Positions 1 to 7,272 of a DNA stretch of 12,780 nt are shown piece after piece (within the stretch, counting starts at the first letter, position 1; each line of letters opens with the position of its first letter). The position numbers and the translations under genes are program-made. This DNA comes from Candidatus Hermodarchaeota archaeon. Lineage in GTDB: Archaea > Asgardarchaeota > Heimdallarchaeia > Hodarchaeales > Hodarchaeaceae. Location: positions 100,092 through 112,871 of the forward strand of contig JBHLKY010000018.1 of the NCBI GenBank assembly GCA_048886185.1. Direction: 5' to 3'. Below the pieces are notes generated by a model. That model was not told the origin of the DNA. It worked only from the letters and a program-made list of their open reading frames with translations, and did no database searches.

Positions 1-449
1 GTTATAATTAAATGATCTTCATGCATCACTAATCCCTTGGAGGCATAAGAATTCACTCTCATGACCCAAAAGTTAAGAATATATGAAAATACAAGTCCCA
101 AGAATCCAATTATTTTAATTAAACTCGGTATTTGGGTCCATTGGAATTGATAATCGAATCCTGGTAGAATTATCAATGGAAAGAACAGTAAACCAAAAAT
201 AACCAGAAATATATTATCAGTTTTACTAGTAGACAGTTTCTTACGTTTTCTTAGCGTTGATGGATCCTTAATAAAAAAATACAAAGTCATTGTCATGTAA
301 TAAAAAACTAGTAATAGGATAAACACCCACCCCTCTATCCAATCAATTGTTCCAGCCGGAAGAAAGAGTAAAACTCCTGAAAAAATGATAATGAATGGAA
401 CAGCAAGAATCATTTGAATGAGTATTGATATTCTTGATAGATCTCTCAT
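1..449 (-). CDS. Isoprenylcysteine carboxylmethyltransferase (ICMT/PEMT) family membrane protein, 3'-truncated by the window edge
   Basis: Translated by hand (not in the ORF track). ATG at 449-447 opens 149 codons to the edge: MRDLSRISILIQMILAVPFIIIFSGVLLFLPAGTIDWIEGWVFILL...FDYQFQWTQIP...NFWVMRVNSYASKGLVMHEDHLII. The N-terminal 'LPAGTxxWxxGW' and 'VMRVNSYAS...HxLI(T)' lead-in to the TGPY/RHPxY motif are typical of this family. The motif itself would lie outside the window. Confidence 0.8.
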   Translation of the reverse strand, partial: MRDLSRISILIQMILAVPFIIIFSGVLLFLPAGTIDWIEGWVFILLLVFYYMTMTLYFFIKDPSTLRKRKKLSTSKTDNIFLVIFGLLFFPLIILPGFDYQFQWTQIPSLIKIIGFLGLVFSYILNFWVMRVNSYASKGLVMHEDHLII

Positions 450-549
450 TAAAGTAATTCAGATTCTATCTAATTATAAGCATATTGATCTTTAGTAATA
501 TTCTCTGTCTGATCTTCACATCATTAAAAAGCTCTAAACACAATATTTC

Positions 550-1002
550 TCATTGTTCATTTTCTAATATTCTTTTAAGATTCTCTCCTTCTTCTTTCAT
601 GTGCATTGTAATAGCCTCAACTCTCCTTTTAGCAAATTTTTGGAAAAACCAACCAAACCTAAAAGAAAGTGTCGCTGTAAAGATAGAACTTCCGTCTTTT
701 TCTTCTATGATAAAAGAACCTTTAGGACAAACAATTGACACTGGAAACAAAAGTTTATATTCTATTATTCTGTTTGGCTCTTTTTTTGTAGCTAAAAATT
801 TCATCTTATGTAATTCTCCATGTAAATATTCCTCACAATAAAGAATGGAGCCCAACTCAAACGGTTGACCAATCCAACTACACTTGATATGGTCTTTATG
901 CCATAGTTTATAATCCTCTTGGGAAGAAAAGACTTTTATTAAACCATTAAACAATTTTTTAGGTGTTGTTTTAATTTCGATAGTATCTATTAATGTTATC
1001 AT
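550..1002 (-). CDS. SRPBCC / polyketide-cyclase (START-like) family protein
   Basis: 150 aa. N-terminal 'DTIEIKTTPKKLF', central 'YKLWH', beta-strand region, and C-terminal amphipathic helix 'MKEEGENLKRILE' fit the SRPBCC helix-grip pattern. Confidence 0.7.
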   Translation of the reverse strand: MITLIDTIEIKTTPKKLFNGLIKVFSSQEDYKLWHKDHIKCSWIGQPFELGSILYCEEYLHGELHKMKFLATKKEPNRIIEYKLLFPVSIVCPKGSFIIEEKDGSSIFTATLSFRFGWFFQKFAKRRVEAITMHMKEEGENLKRILENEQ

Positions 1003-1024
1003 AGACCTACATTCCTGATAATCG

Positions 1025-1034
1025 TTATTAAAAA
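1025..1034 (-). promoter_or_regulatory. Candidate archaeal TATA box for the SRPBCC gene
   Basis: Reverse complement reads TTTTTAATAA, 23-32 nt upstream of the ATG at 1002, which is the spacing expected for a leaderless archaeal transcript. Confidence 0.35.
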
Positions 1035-1140
1035 GAAAGCAATGCGTATTATTTAGATTTAGGTTAATGCAAAATCAATTGAAATAATGTTTAATTGAAG
1101 AATTGACCCGATATCTATCAACGTCTGTTAACTGAAATAG

Positions 1141-1171
1141 TAGATTCTTAGAATCTAGTGTTTGACAAACA
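1141..1171. promoter_or_regulatory. Two adjacent perfect palindromes in the divergent intergenic region (candidate operators)
   Basis: TAGATTCT-T-AGAATCTA (1141-1157) and TGTTTG-A-CAAACA (1159-1171), separated by one base. Confidence 0.4.
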
Positions 1172-1221
1172 GGAGTAAGCATGTTATTTTTCGAAATTCT
1201 TACCAATAATTAATTCTTATT

Positions 1222-1247
1222 TGGTGAAATATAAGAAATATTCACCA
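1222..1247. promoter_or_regulatory. Imperfect inverted repeat upstream of the methyltransferase gene
   Basis: TGGTGAA (1222-1228) pairs with TTCACCA (1241-1247). Pairing extends by 3 bp (TAT/ATA) with one bulged A. Confidence 0.35.
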
Positions 1248-1304
1248 TAGAAAACTTATGAGTCTAGCAACAACTTTTTATTTCATTGCGTAACTTTAGG
1301 AATT

Positions 1305-2132
1305 ATGCAAAATGGAGCAATTAAAGTTGAAAAACTGACAGGAGTTGAAAACACATTGCTAATGCCGCTACTCTCGCGGGCATTAGATGCGAGGTCTTTA
1401 CAACCCATTTTAAACGATAAAAAAGCTATAGAAATCCTAGAAAAGATCGATTTCGATTTTTTAAAACTTCAAGAATCGCTAGAAAAGGCTGCGATTATCG
1501 GTCATGCCCTTCGAGGGCGTTATTTTGATAGACAAGTTCAAGATTATCTTAAACAGTATCCAGAGGGGATTGTTATCAGTTTTGGATCAGGATTAGATAC
1601 ACGTTTTGATCGAATTGACAATGGTTTACTTACCTTTGTTGATATTGATCTTCCAGAAGTTATCAATGTAAGAAGAAAACTTCTATCTGAAAATCTAAGA
1701 AATCAATTTGTTGGTTGTTCAATTCTTGATTATTCATGGATTCCACAAATACAGGCCCTAACATCAAAAGTTGAATTTCCATTTCTTATTATTGCTGAGG
1801 CAGTTCTTATGTACTTACCAAAAACTGATGTCCAATCTCTATTCCAAAAACTTTCAATTTCATTTCCAAATGCAGAAATTATTTTTGATGTATATACTAA
1901 TTTCATGGTTAAAGAAGCAAATAAAAACATTGGTCTTAAGGAATTTCAAGCAGAATTTAAATGGGGGGTGAATGATCTTCACGATATTGAGAAATGGGCT
2001 CCGAAACTCCGACTGATCAATGAATGGTCTTTTTTCAATAATAAAGAAGCACGTGTAGGAATATTCAAAATACTACGGTTTATTCCATTTATTAGAAAAA
2101 TGTCGCGCATTGTTCACTTTCGATTTGAATAA
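1305..2132 (+). CDS. Class I SAM-dependent O-methyltransferase, LCM (leucine carboxyl methyltransferase)/TcmP-like family
   Basis: 275 aa with family motifs 'LTGVENTLLMPLLSRA', 'RGRYFD', 'SFGSGLDTRF', 'DIDLPEVI..R', 'IIAEAVLMYL' and 'FKWG'. Confidence 0.85.
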   Translation: MQNGAIKVEKLTGVENTLLMPLLSRALDARSLQPILNDKKAIEILEKIDFDFLKLQESLEKAAIIGHALRGRYFDRQVQDYLKQYPEGIVISFGSGLDTRFDRIDNGLLTFVDIDLPEVINVRRKLLSENLRNQFVGCSILDYSWIPQIQALTSKVEFPFLIIAEAVLMYLPKTDVQSLFQKLSISFPNAEIIFDVYTNFMVKEANKNIGLKEFQAEFKWGVNDLHDIEKWAPKLRLINEWSFFNNKEARVGIFKILRFIPFIRKMSRIVHFRFE

Positions 2133-2163
2133 ACATATCGAGCATATTATTTTGATAGTCAAG

Positions 2164-3246
2164 TTAGATTACTGCAGCAAGTATAGAATAGAATAATTCC
2201 TCTAATATCAAATTACTTGAAATATCTGCTGTAAAAACAACTACCATATTACTCTCCGGAGCTACATAAATGCTTTGACCATATAGACCACTTGCATAAT
2301 AAACATTAATCTGTGGTAATACCCACCATTGATATCCATAACCACTATTTTCTTGGAAAAAATTGTAAGGTTGAGTTGATTTATTTACCCAATTTGTTGA
2401 GATTATTTGCTTTCCATCCCAAGTACCATTATTTAAATATAAATAACCAAATTTAGCCATATCACGTGATGTTAAGGATAAACCATAACCTCCATGATAA
2501 ATATTCTGTTGATCGTATGTCCATTGGACTTCAGAAATGCCAAGTGGCTTAAAGAGGTACTTACGTGCGAATTCAAGAGTTGTTCTTCCTGTTGTTTTTT
2601 GGATGATGGCTGATAAAAGATGAGATGCTCCAGTACAATAGGTCAAGGCAGTTCCAGGTTCATGTTTCATTGGTAAATCAAGTATGTATTCAATTGGATT
2701 CGTACTTTTCATCATCCTAAAAGCACTATCACCAGCCCATTCGTCCCATTCAAAACCAGTAGTCATAGTTAATAAGTGTTGGAGAGTCATATTCTTCTTT
2801 CGAGAATCCAAATTCTCAATTGTGCTTTCAGGAAAAAAATCGACTACTTTCAAACTTGTATTAGCAATGTACCCTTCTTCTATTGCTATTCCAATTAGAG
2901 CTGACGTGAAGCTTTTTGTAACTGAATAAAGAGAGTGCATATTATCCTGATATGACAGTGTATGACCAAGAAACTCTTCTAAAATAAAGTATTTTTCAAA
3001 TATAAGATATCCATGACGAATTATTAACAACGAGTCGAGAGCTATTTTCCGCTGTTGAATAATTACAGTAAGTTGTTCAAGTTTTGCTGAATCCATCCCT
3101 TGCTCTTCTGGTGTTGAGATTAACCAAGTTTCATCTTGAATCTGTTGGTCGTAAAGATTTAACCATAGGAATCCGCTAGTAATTCCCCAAAGTACTATCA
3201 CGAGAAACAAGATAACATTAAGCATTTGTATTGTAGTTCTATTCAA
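2164..3246 (-). CDS. Membrane-anchored serine hydrolase, beta-lactamase class C / NylB-like family
   Basis: 360 aa. N-terminal hydrophobic helix, 'SLLIIRHG', catalytic SxxK ('YSVTKS'), 'LQHLLTMTTG', 'PGTALTYCT' (YxN position), 'RDMAKFGYLYLNNG', 'YGYQWW' and 'YYASGLYGQ'. Its ATG overlaps the upstream TGA (ATGA, 3243-3246). Confidence 0.9.
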   Translation of the reverse strand: MNRTTIQMLNVILFLVIVLWGITSGFLWLNLYDQQIQDETWLISTPEEQGMDSAKLEQLTVIIQQRKIALDSLLIIRHGYLIFEKYFILEEFLGHTLSYQDNMHSLYSVTKSFTSALIGIAIEEGYIANTSLKVVDFFPESTIENLDSRKKNMTLQHLLTMTTGFEWDEWAGDSAFRMMKSTNPIEYILDLPMKHEPGTALTYCTGASHLLSAIIQKTTGRTTLEFARKYLFKPLGISEVQWTYDQQNIYHGGYGLSLTSRDMAKFGYLYLNNGTWDGKQIISTNWVNKSTQPYNFFQENSGYGYQWWVLPQINVYYASGLYGQSIYVAPESNMVVVFTADISSNLILEELFYSILAAVI

Positions 3247-4424
3247 CTTCCCTTCACATTCTCCTTCACTTCATGCTGATCAGTGCCAGATTGTCTTCTC
3301 AATGAATCGTTTCGCAGATTATTGAAGCAAAATCCAAGAAAAATTATATTAAATAGAAGAGTAACTGGAATAGGGGCATGCTCAGCAAGTAAACCAATGA
3401 AAACCACGATATTTACAATAATTACCAAAAAAATGATAAAAAATCCTACTAATCCACGATTAATGTCTACTATTGACTTTTTCTTTAGAATAGTTATCCA
3501 TATAGCCTGAGATGAGGCAATAAAAACAGAATGAAGCGTATATAGGGTAATAAAAAGGCCTGAAATATTCACCATAATAATCAAAAGACCTAAAACTGAA
3601 AGGAAAATTCCATTATCAGTAAACAGTTCCAGTAGATAGTATGGCAATATTCCAAAACAGTGTATCAAAATTGAAAATATTATATTTCTTGTTAAGATAT
3701 ATACGATTCCACACGCTATTCCAAGAAGAAATGTGGTAATAAAAAGGTTTAATGAATAGAGAAGAGACCCTACCAAATCATATCTACTAAGATAGATATT
3801 CAAAAGATTAGATTCTCTAAGAAATGTAATCTGAAATCCAAGAATAGAGGGAATATTAACAAGAGCAAAAGCACAACTAGAGGTCAAAACTGCAGAGAAA
3901 GGAGACATACCACGTTTTTCTAACAAAGGAATCAAAGTTCTTCTATATAAATATTCTAAAAAAATTGCTACACCCAAAGTACCCGCTATTAACCAAATAA
4001 TTATTGAGAATAGACTTCTGCTAGGATCTTTGGATAATGGTAATGCATTTCTAAAAATATCGACTTCTATATCTGAAATATTAGAAATGACTGAAAGACC
4101 TAGTGTTATTGGTATTAATACAGCCCAAAATAGACAAAAAACTGTAATAAACGTGAAAAAACTATTATAGCTTATAGAATTGAACTCAACATCTTTTACT
4201 TCTAGGAATGGGATGATTATAAAGATAAAGATCATAGTACATATAATCTGACTGGTAATTAAAACTAATAATTTACTAGTTACAATATCATTAGTTAATT
4301 TAATCACGAAAAGAAGAAAAGCGACTGCAAATTCAACTAAAAATTGTAATGAAAGGTAAAAAGCCGCTATAATAGCTGGTGTGGAGAAATTTGACCAGAT
4401 CCTCCCTTTCTTGTGATTTTCCAT
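3243..4424 (-). CDS. CPBP (CAAX protease/Abi) family polytopic membrane protein with degenerate catalytic motifs
   Basis: 393 aa with many TM segments. The CPBP scaffold is recognisable ('AIFLEYLYRRTLIP', 'SSCAFALVN', 'FLLG..CG.VY..TRNI..SI.IH'), but EExxxR reads LExxxR, FxxxH reads FxxxN, and HxxxN reads HxxxI. SD AGGAGA at 4436-4431. Confidence 0.75.
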   Translation of the reverse strand: MENHKKGRIWSNFSTPAIIAAFYLSLQFLVEFAVAFLLFVIKLTNDIVTSKLLVLITSQIICTMIFIFIIIPFLEVKDVEFNSISYNSFFTFITVFCLFWAVLIPITLGLSVISNISDIEVDIFRNALPLSKDPSRSLFSIIIWLIAGTLGVAIFLEYLYRRTLIPLLEKRGMSPFSAVLTSSCAFALVNIPSILGFQITFLRESNLLNIYLSRYDLVGSLLYSLNLFITTFLLGIACGIVYILTRNIIFSILIHCFGILPYYLLELFTDNGIFLSVLGLLIIMVNISGLFITLYTLHSVFIASSQAIWITILKKKSIVDINRGLVGFFIIFLVIIVNIVVFIGLLAEHAPIPVTLLFNIIFLGFCFNNLRNDSLRRQSGTDQHEVKENVKGS

Positions 4425-4442
4425 GTCTTGTCTCCTAAGGTC

Positions 4443-5126
4443 CTATTTCAGATATTCTTCTTCATTAAGAGATTTCTTTCGAGCTTCTTCAATTTCAAAC
4501 GTTGCTTGAGATATCTCTAATGGCTTAAATAACTCTTCGATCATTACCTCTTTGAAAGTCTTTTGACTGACTAATCTCATTACGAATCCAGTTAAATCAT
4601 ATCCAAGATTTGAATAAGACATCTCAGAACCTACAGGTGATTTTAACCACCCCTCACTTATACTTAGAATATGTTCTTCAAAGGAACACGGACTATAATT
4701 ATAATTATTACCTATCAATGCTTCATGGGTAAAACCCGCTCTATGGTTTAACATTCGTTGAAAAGTAATTTTTGCTATTTCATCTTCAGGATTTTCATAA
4801 ATGGTATTTATTGTAAATTCTGGATAATAATTTACAATGAAATCATCAAGATTAACTAATCCTTTGGTAGCCAACATCAAAAAACCTGTAGTAGTGAAAC
4901 ATTTCTCCATTAATTGACTGCTGAATAAGGTTTCAGAAGTGACCCGTTCTTTTCTGGTATGATCAGTAAACCCAAACCCACCAGTTCAGATTATTTCTTG
5001 ATCATTTGTAAGTGCTATTGATAAGCCCAGAGGATGCTCCTGTTCATTGATTACTCCCCTAATATATGAAGTTAGTTCATCAATTACATGTTGATATTGA
5101 TTTTGAGGTTTTTCCACATGAATCAC
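4443..5126 (-). pseudogene. Decayed beta-lactamase-family serine hydrolase
   Basis: The frame of ORF 4443-4910 continues upstream to a GTG at 5126 (or 5117): ...HPLGLSIALTNDQEII*TGGFGFTDHTRKERVTSETLFSSQLMEKCFT. There is an in-frame TGA at 4988-4986 where Trp is expected, and SxxK reads LMEK (TTA at 4913-4911). YSN is retained. The frame ends after about 228 codons with no C-terminal third motif. Confidence 0.8.
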
Positions 5127-5264
5127 ACTTTAATTTTCATAATTCTAGTATTTAGTACAATTGTTCTGTTATTTCTGGAGCTATTTAACAATAAATTCCG
5201 TCTTGTCGCTTGTTCATATAAGAAACCGAAAAATTAAAAGAACATCCTTTGAGGTAATTAATTG

Positions 5265-5312
5265 ATGAAATTATCAAGCGAGACTTGTTTACTCGCTTTT
5301 GCTGATATTTAA
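5265..5312 (+). other. Candidate 15-aa leader ORF (MKLSSETCLLAFADI) upstream of nhaA
   Basis: GAGGT at 5251-5255 precedes TTG 5262 / ATG 5265, with TAA at 5310-5312. The ORF overlaps the hairpin at 5276-5298. Translation is unproven. Confidence 0.25.
5276..5300 (+). terminator. Terminator-like or regulatory hairpin in the nhaA leader
   Basis: AAGCGAG-N9-CTCGCTT (5276-5298) ending in a short T run (5297-5300), about 60 nt before the nhaA start. Confidence 0.35.
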
Positions 5313-5362
5313 GTCAAAGAAATTAGTGCTTTTTCCTTAAAAAGTAGAAGAAAGAGAAAAAA

Positions 5363-6721
5363 ATGGCTGCTAGAACTGAATCTATTGAAGCTAAATTACA
5401 AGAAGGTATTGTCAGACCATTCAGAGTCTTTTTGAAAACTGAACAGTTTAGTGGACTAATTCTAATATTTTGCACGTTATTCGCCTTAATCCTGACAAAT
5501 TTTGTCTTGTTAGAAGATTATAATGGATTTTGGGCAACGGAATTAACAATTAAGTTTGGTAGTATTGGTCTTAGTAAAAAATTTGCCTTATGGATTAATG
5601 ACGGTTTAATGGCGATCTTTTTCTTTGTTATTGGATTAGAAATTAAACGTGAAATCATCACAGGGGAATTAAACTCATTAAGAAAGGCATCTTTACCAAT
5701 AATCGCTGCATTAGGGGGAATGATTATTCCTGCAGCGATTTACATCTTCTTTAACCTAAATTCTCCCGAGAGTATTTCAGGATGGGGTATTCCCATGGCC
5801 ACGGACATTGCTTTTACATTAGGAATCTTAGCATTAATGGGAAAAAGAGCTCCTTTTGCTCTAAAAGTTTTTATTACTGGATTAGCCATAATTGACGATA
5901 TTGGGGCGGTTTTAGTCATTGCATTATTTTACAGCTCGAATATTAACTGGTCAATCCTTTTATTGGCTTTTGGCGTTTTTCTTCTACTAGTCTCATTTAA
6001 TAGACTTAACATACATTATCCCCTTCTTTATATTGTATTTGGTATCACATTATGGTTCATTATCCTTCAATCAGGAATTCATGCGACAGTAGCAGGTGTA
6101 CTACTCGCATTTACAGTTCCAGCAAGAAATAAAATTGATGCTGATAGTTTCATTCTAGAAACTCAGCTGATAATTGAGGAATTTCAAAAATCGGGGAAGT
6201 GTGGTTTAGGAGTTCTTCTCAATCAAAGACAACAGAATGCAGTTAAAGCACTTGAAACAGCATGTCAAAATGTTGAAGCTCCTCTCCAACGATTTGAACG
6301 TGTTTTACATTATTGGGTAGCTTTTGCGATAATTCCCATCTTCATTCTAGCAAACGCTGGTGTTTTATTAGATGATATTCCCCTCTCTATTCATCCAATT
6401 GAATTAGGAATATTCTTTGGTTTAGTTGTAGGCAAACCAGTTGGAATAAGTGTAGCAACTTGGCTTGCAGTAAAATCAGGGATTACATCATTACCTTCAG
6501 GGTTAACTTGGACTCATATAATTGGTGTTTCGATGCTTGCAGGAATTGGTTTTACTATGGCTTTATTCATAGGAAATCTAGCAATAAGCGATAGTGTACT
6601 TTTAACAATGTTAAAATTTACTATCTTGATTGCATCTTTTGTAGCTGCTATTCTTGGAGTTGCTATTTTAAGTACAACTACTCCTGTTAAATTAGATGTA
6701 GAAGATTTTGAATGTAATTAA
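5363..6721 (+). CDS. nhaA: Na+/H+ antiporter NhaA
   Basis: 452 aa with the hallmark motifs 'WINDGLMAIFFFVIGLEIKRE', 'GWGIPMATDIAF', 'LAIIDDIGAVLVIALFY', 'SGIHATVAGV', 'GKPVGI' and 'AGIGFTMALFI'. Equivalents of E. coli D133, D163/D164 and K300 are present. There is a long hydrophilic insertion after 'FTVP'. Confidence 0.97.
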   Translation: MAARTESIEAKLQEGIVRPFRVFLKTEQFSGLILIFCTLFALILTNFVLLEDYNGFWATELTIKFGSIGLSKKFALWINDGLMAIFFFVIGLEIKREIITGELNSLRKASLPIIAALGGMIIPAAIYIFFNLNSPESISGWGIPMATDIAFTLGILALMGKRAPFALKVFITGLAIIDDIGAVLVIALFYSSNINWSILLLAFGVFLLLVSFNRLNIHYPLLYIVFGITLWFIILQSGIHATVAGVLLAFTVPARNKIDADSFILETQLIIEEFQKSGKCGLGVLLNQRQQNAVKALETACQNVEAPLQRFERVLHYWVAFAIIPIFILANAGVLLDDIPLSIHPIELGIFFGLVVGKPVGISVATWLAVKSGITSLPSGLTWTHIIGVSMLAGIGFTMALFIGNLAISDSVLLTMLKFTILIASFVAAILGVAILSTTTPVKLDVEDFECN

Positions 6722-6760
6722 ATTTCGAAAAATACATTGTTACCAATACCAAAAAGCGTA

Positions 6761-6783
6761 TTTATAGAGTATCAGAATACTCT
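6761..6783 (+). promoter_or_regulatory. TATA-like box with an overlapping palindromic operator candidate
   Basis: TTTATA at 6761-6766 follows an A-rich BRE-like run and lies 27-32 nt before the ATG at 6793. Palindrome AGAGTAT-CAGA-ATACTCT at 6766-6783. Confidence 0.45.
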
Positions 6784-6792
6784 TCATAACTT

Positions 6793-7251
6793 ATGACAAA
6801 GCCTAGAACGAGAAACCTCTTACCACCCAAATATCTTAACATATTTCTACTTATGCCCATTATATTCCATTTCCTCTTACCCTTTGAAAGGATAATTCCC
6901 TTTCCCTACACATTTACAGGATTCATATTGATTGTCTTTGGGCTAATCATTAATATCTGGTCCACAAGAGAATTAAAGAGCAATACAACGCCAATAGATT
7001 TTAATAAACCAACAGTCAATCTCGTAGTAGATGGACCTTTCAGTATTAGTCGAAATCCAATCTATATAAGTGGAGTGATTCTTTCTTTTGGTATTACAGT
7101 ATTACTCGGTTCCTTATTCGCTTTTATATTTCCTGTTGCGTTGATCCTAATCTTAAATACTTACTATATACCATTTGAGGAAGAGAAATTAGAAAAAACC
7201 TTCGGTGAAGAATACCTTAAGTACAAAAAAAGAGTACGAAGATGGATTTAA
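6793..7251 (+). CDS. ICMT/PEMT family membrane methyltransferase
   Basis: 152 aa with 'TPIDFNKPTVNLVVDGPFSISRNPIYIS' and 'EEEKLEKTFGEEYLKYKKRVRRWI', the classic family C-terminus. Confidence 0.9.
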   Translation: MTKPRTRNLLPPKYLNIFLLMPIIFHFLLPFERIIPFPYTFTGFILIVFGLIINIWSTRELKSNTTPIDFNKPTVNLVVDGPFSISRNPIYISGVILSFGITVLLGSLFAFIFPVALILILNTYYIPFEEEKLEKTFGEEYLKYKKRVRRWI

Positions 7252-7272
7252 AGAAAATTCTGAGGATCTCCA

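Noticed and set aside
485-841. 118-aa plus-strand ORF
   Set aside because: Antisense shadow of the SRPBCC gene with no recognisable motif.
1730-1971. ORFs 1730-1930 (-) and 1771-1971 (+)
   Set aside because: Both lie inside the well-supported methyltransferase gene in other frames.
2684-3510. ORFs 2684-2929 (+) and 3283-3510 (+)
   Set aside because: Antisense shadows of the serine hydrolase and CPBP genes.
4443-4463. Tail 'EEEYLK' resembling the ICMT C-terminus 'EEYLKY' (about 7207-7224) as evidence of gene fusion
   Set aside because: The match is only five residues with different codons, which is compatible with chance.
4986-4988. In-frame TGA as genetic-code reassignment (Trp) or selenocysteine
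   Set aside because: Intact genes here end in TGA (550-552, 3243-3245, 8251-8253) and use TGG for Trp. The position is a Trp site, not a Cys site, and the same gene carries other lesions.
5262-5277. TTGAT...ATCAA as an FNR box
   Set aside because: The spacer is 6 nt, while FNR requires TTGAT-N4-ATCAA.
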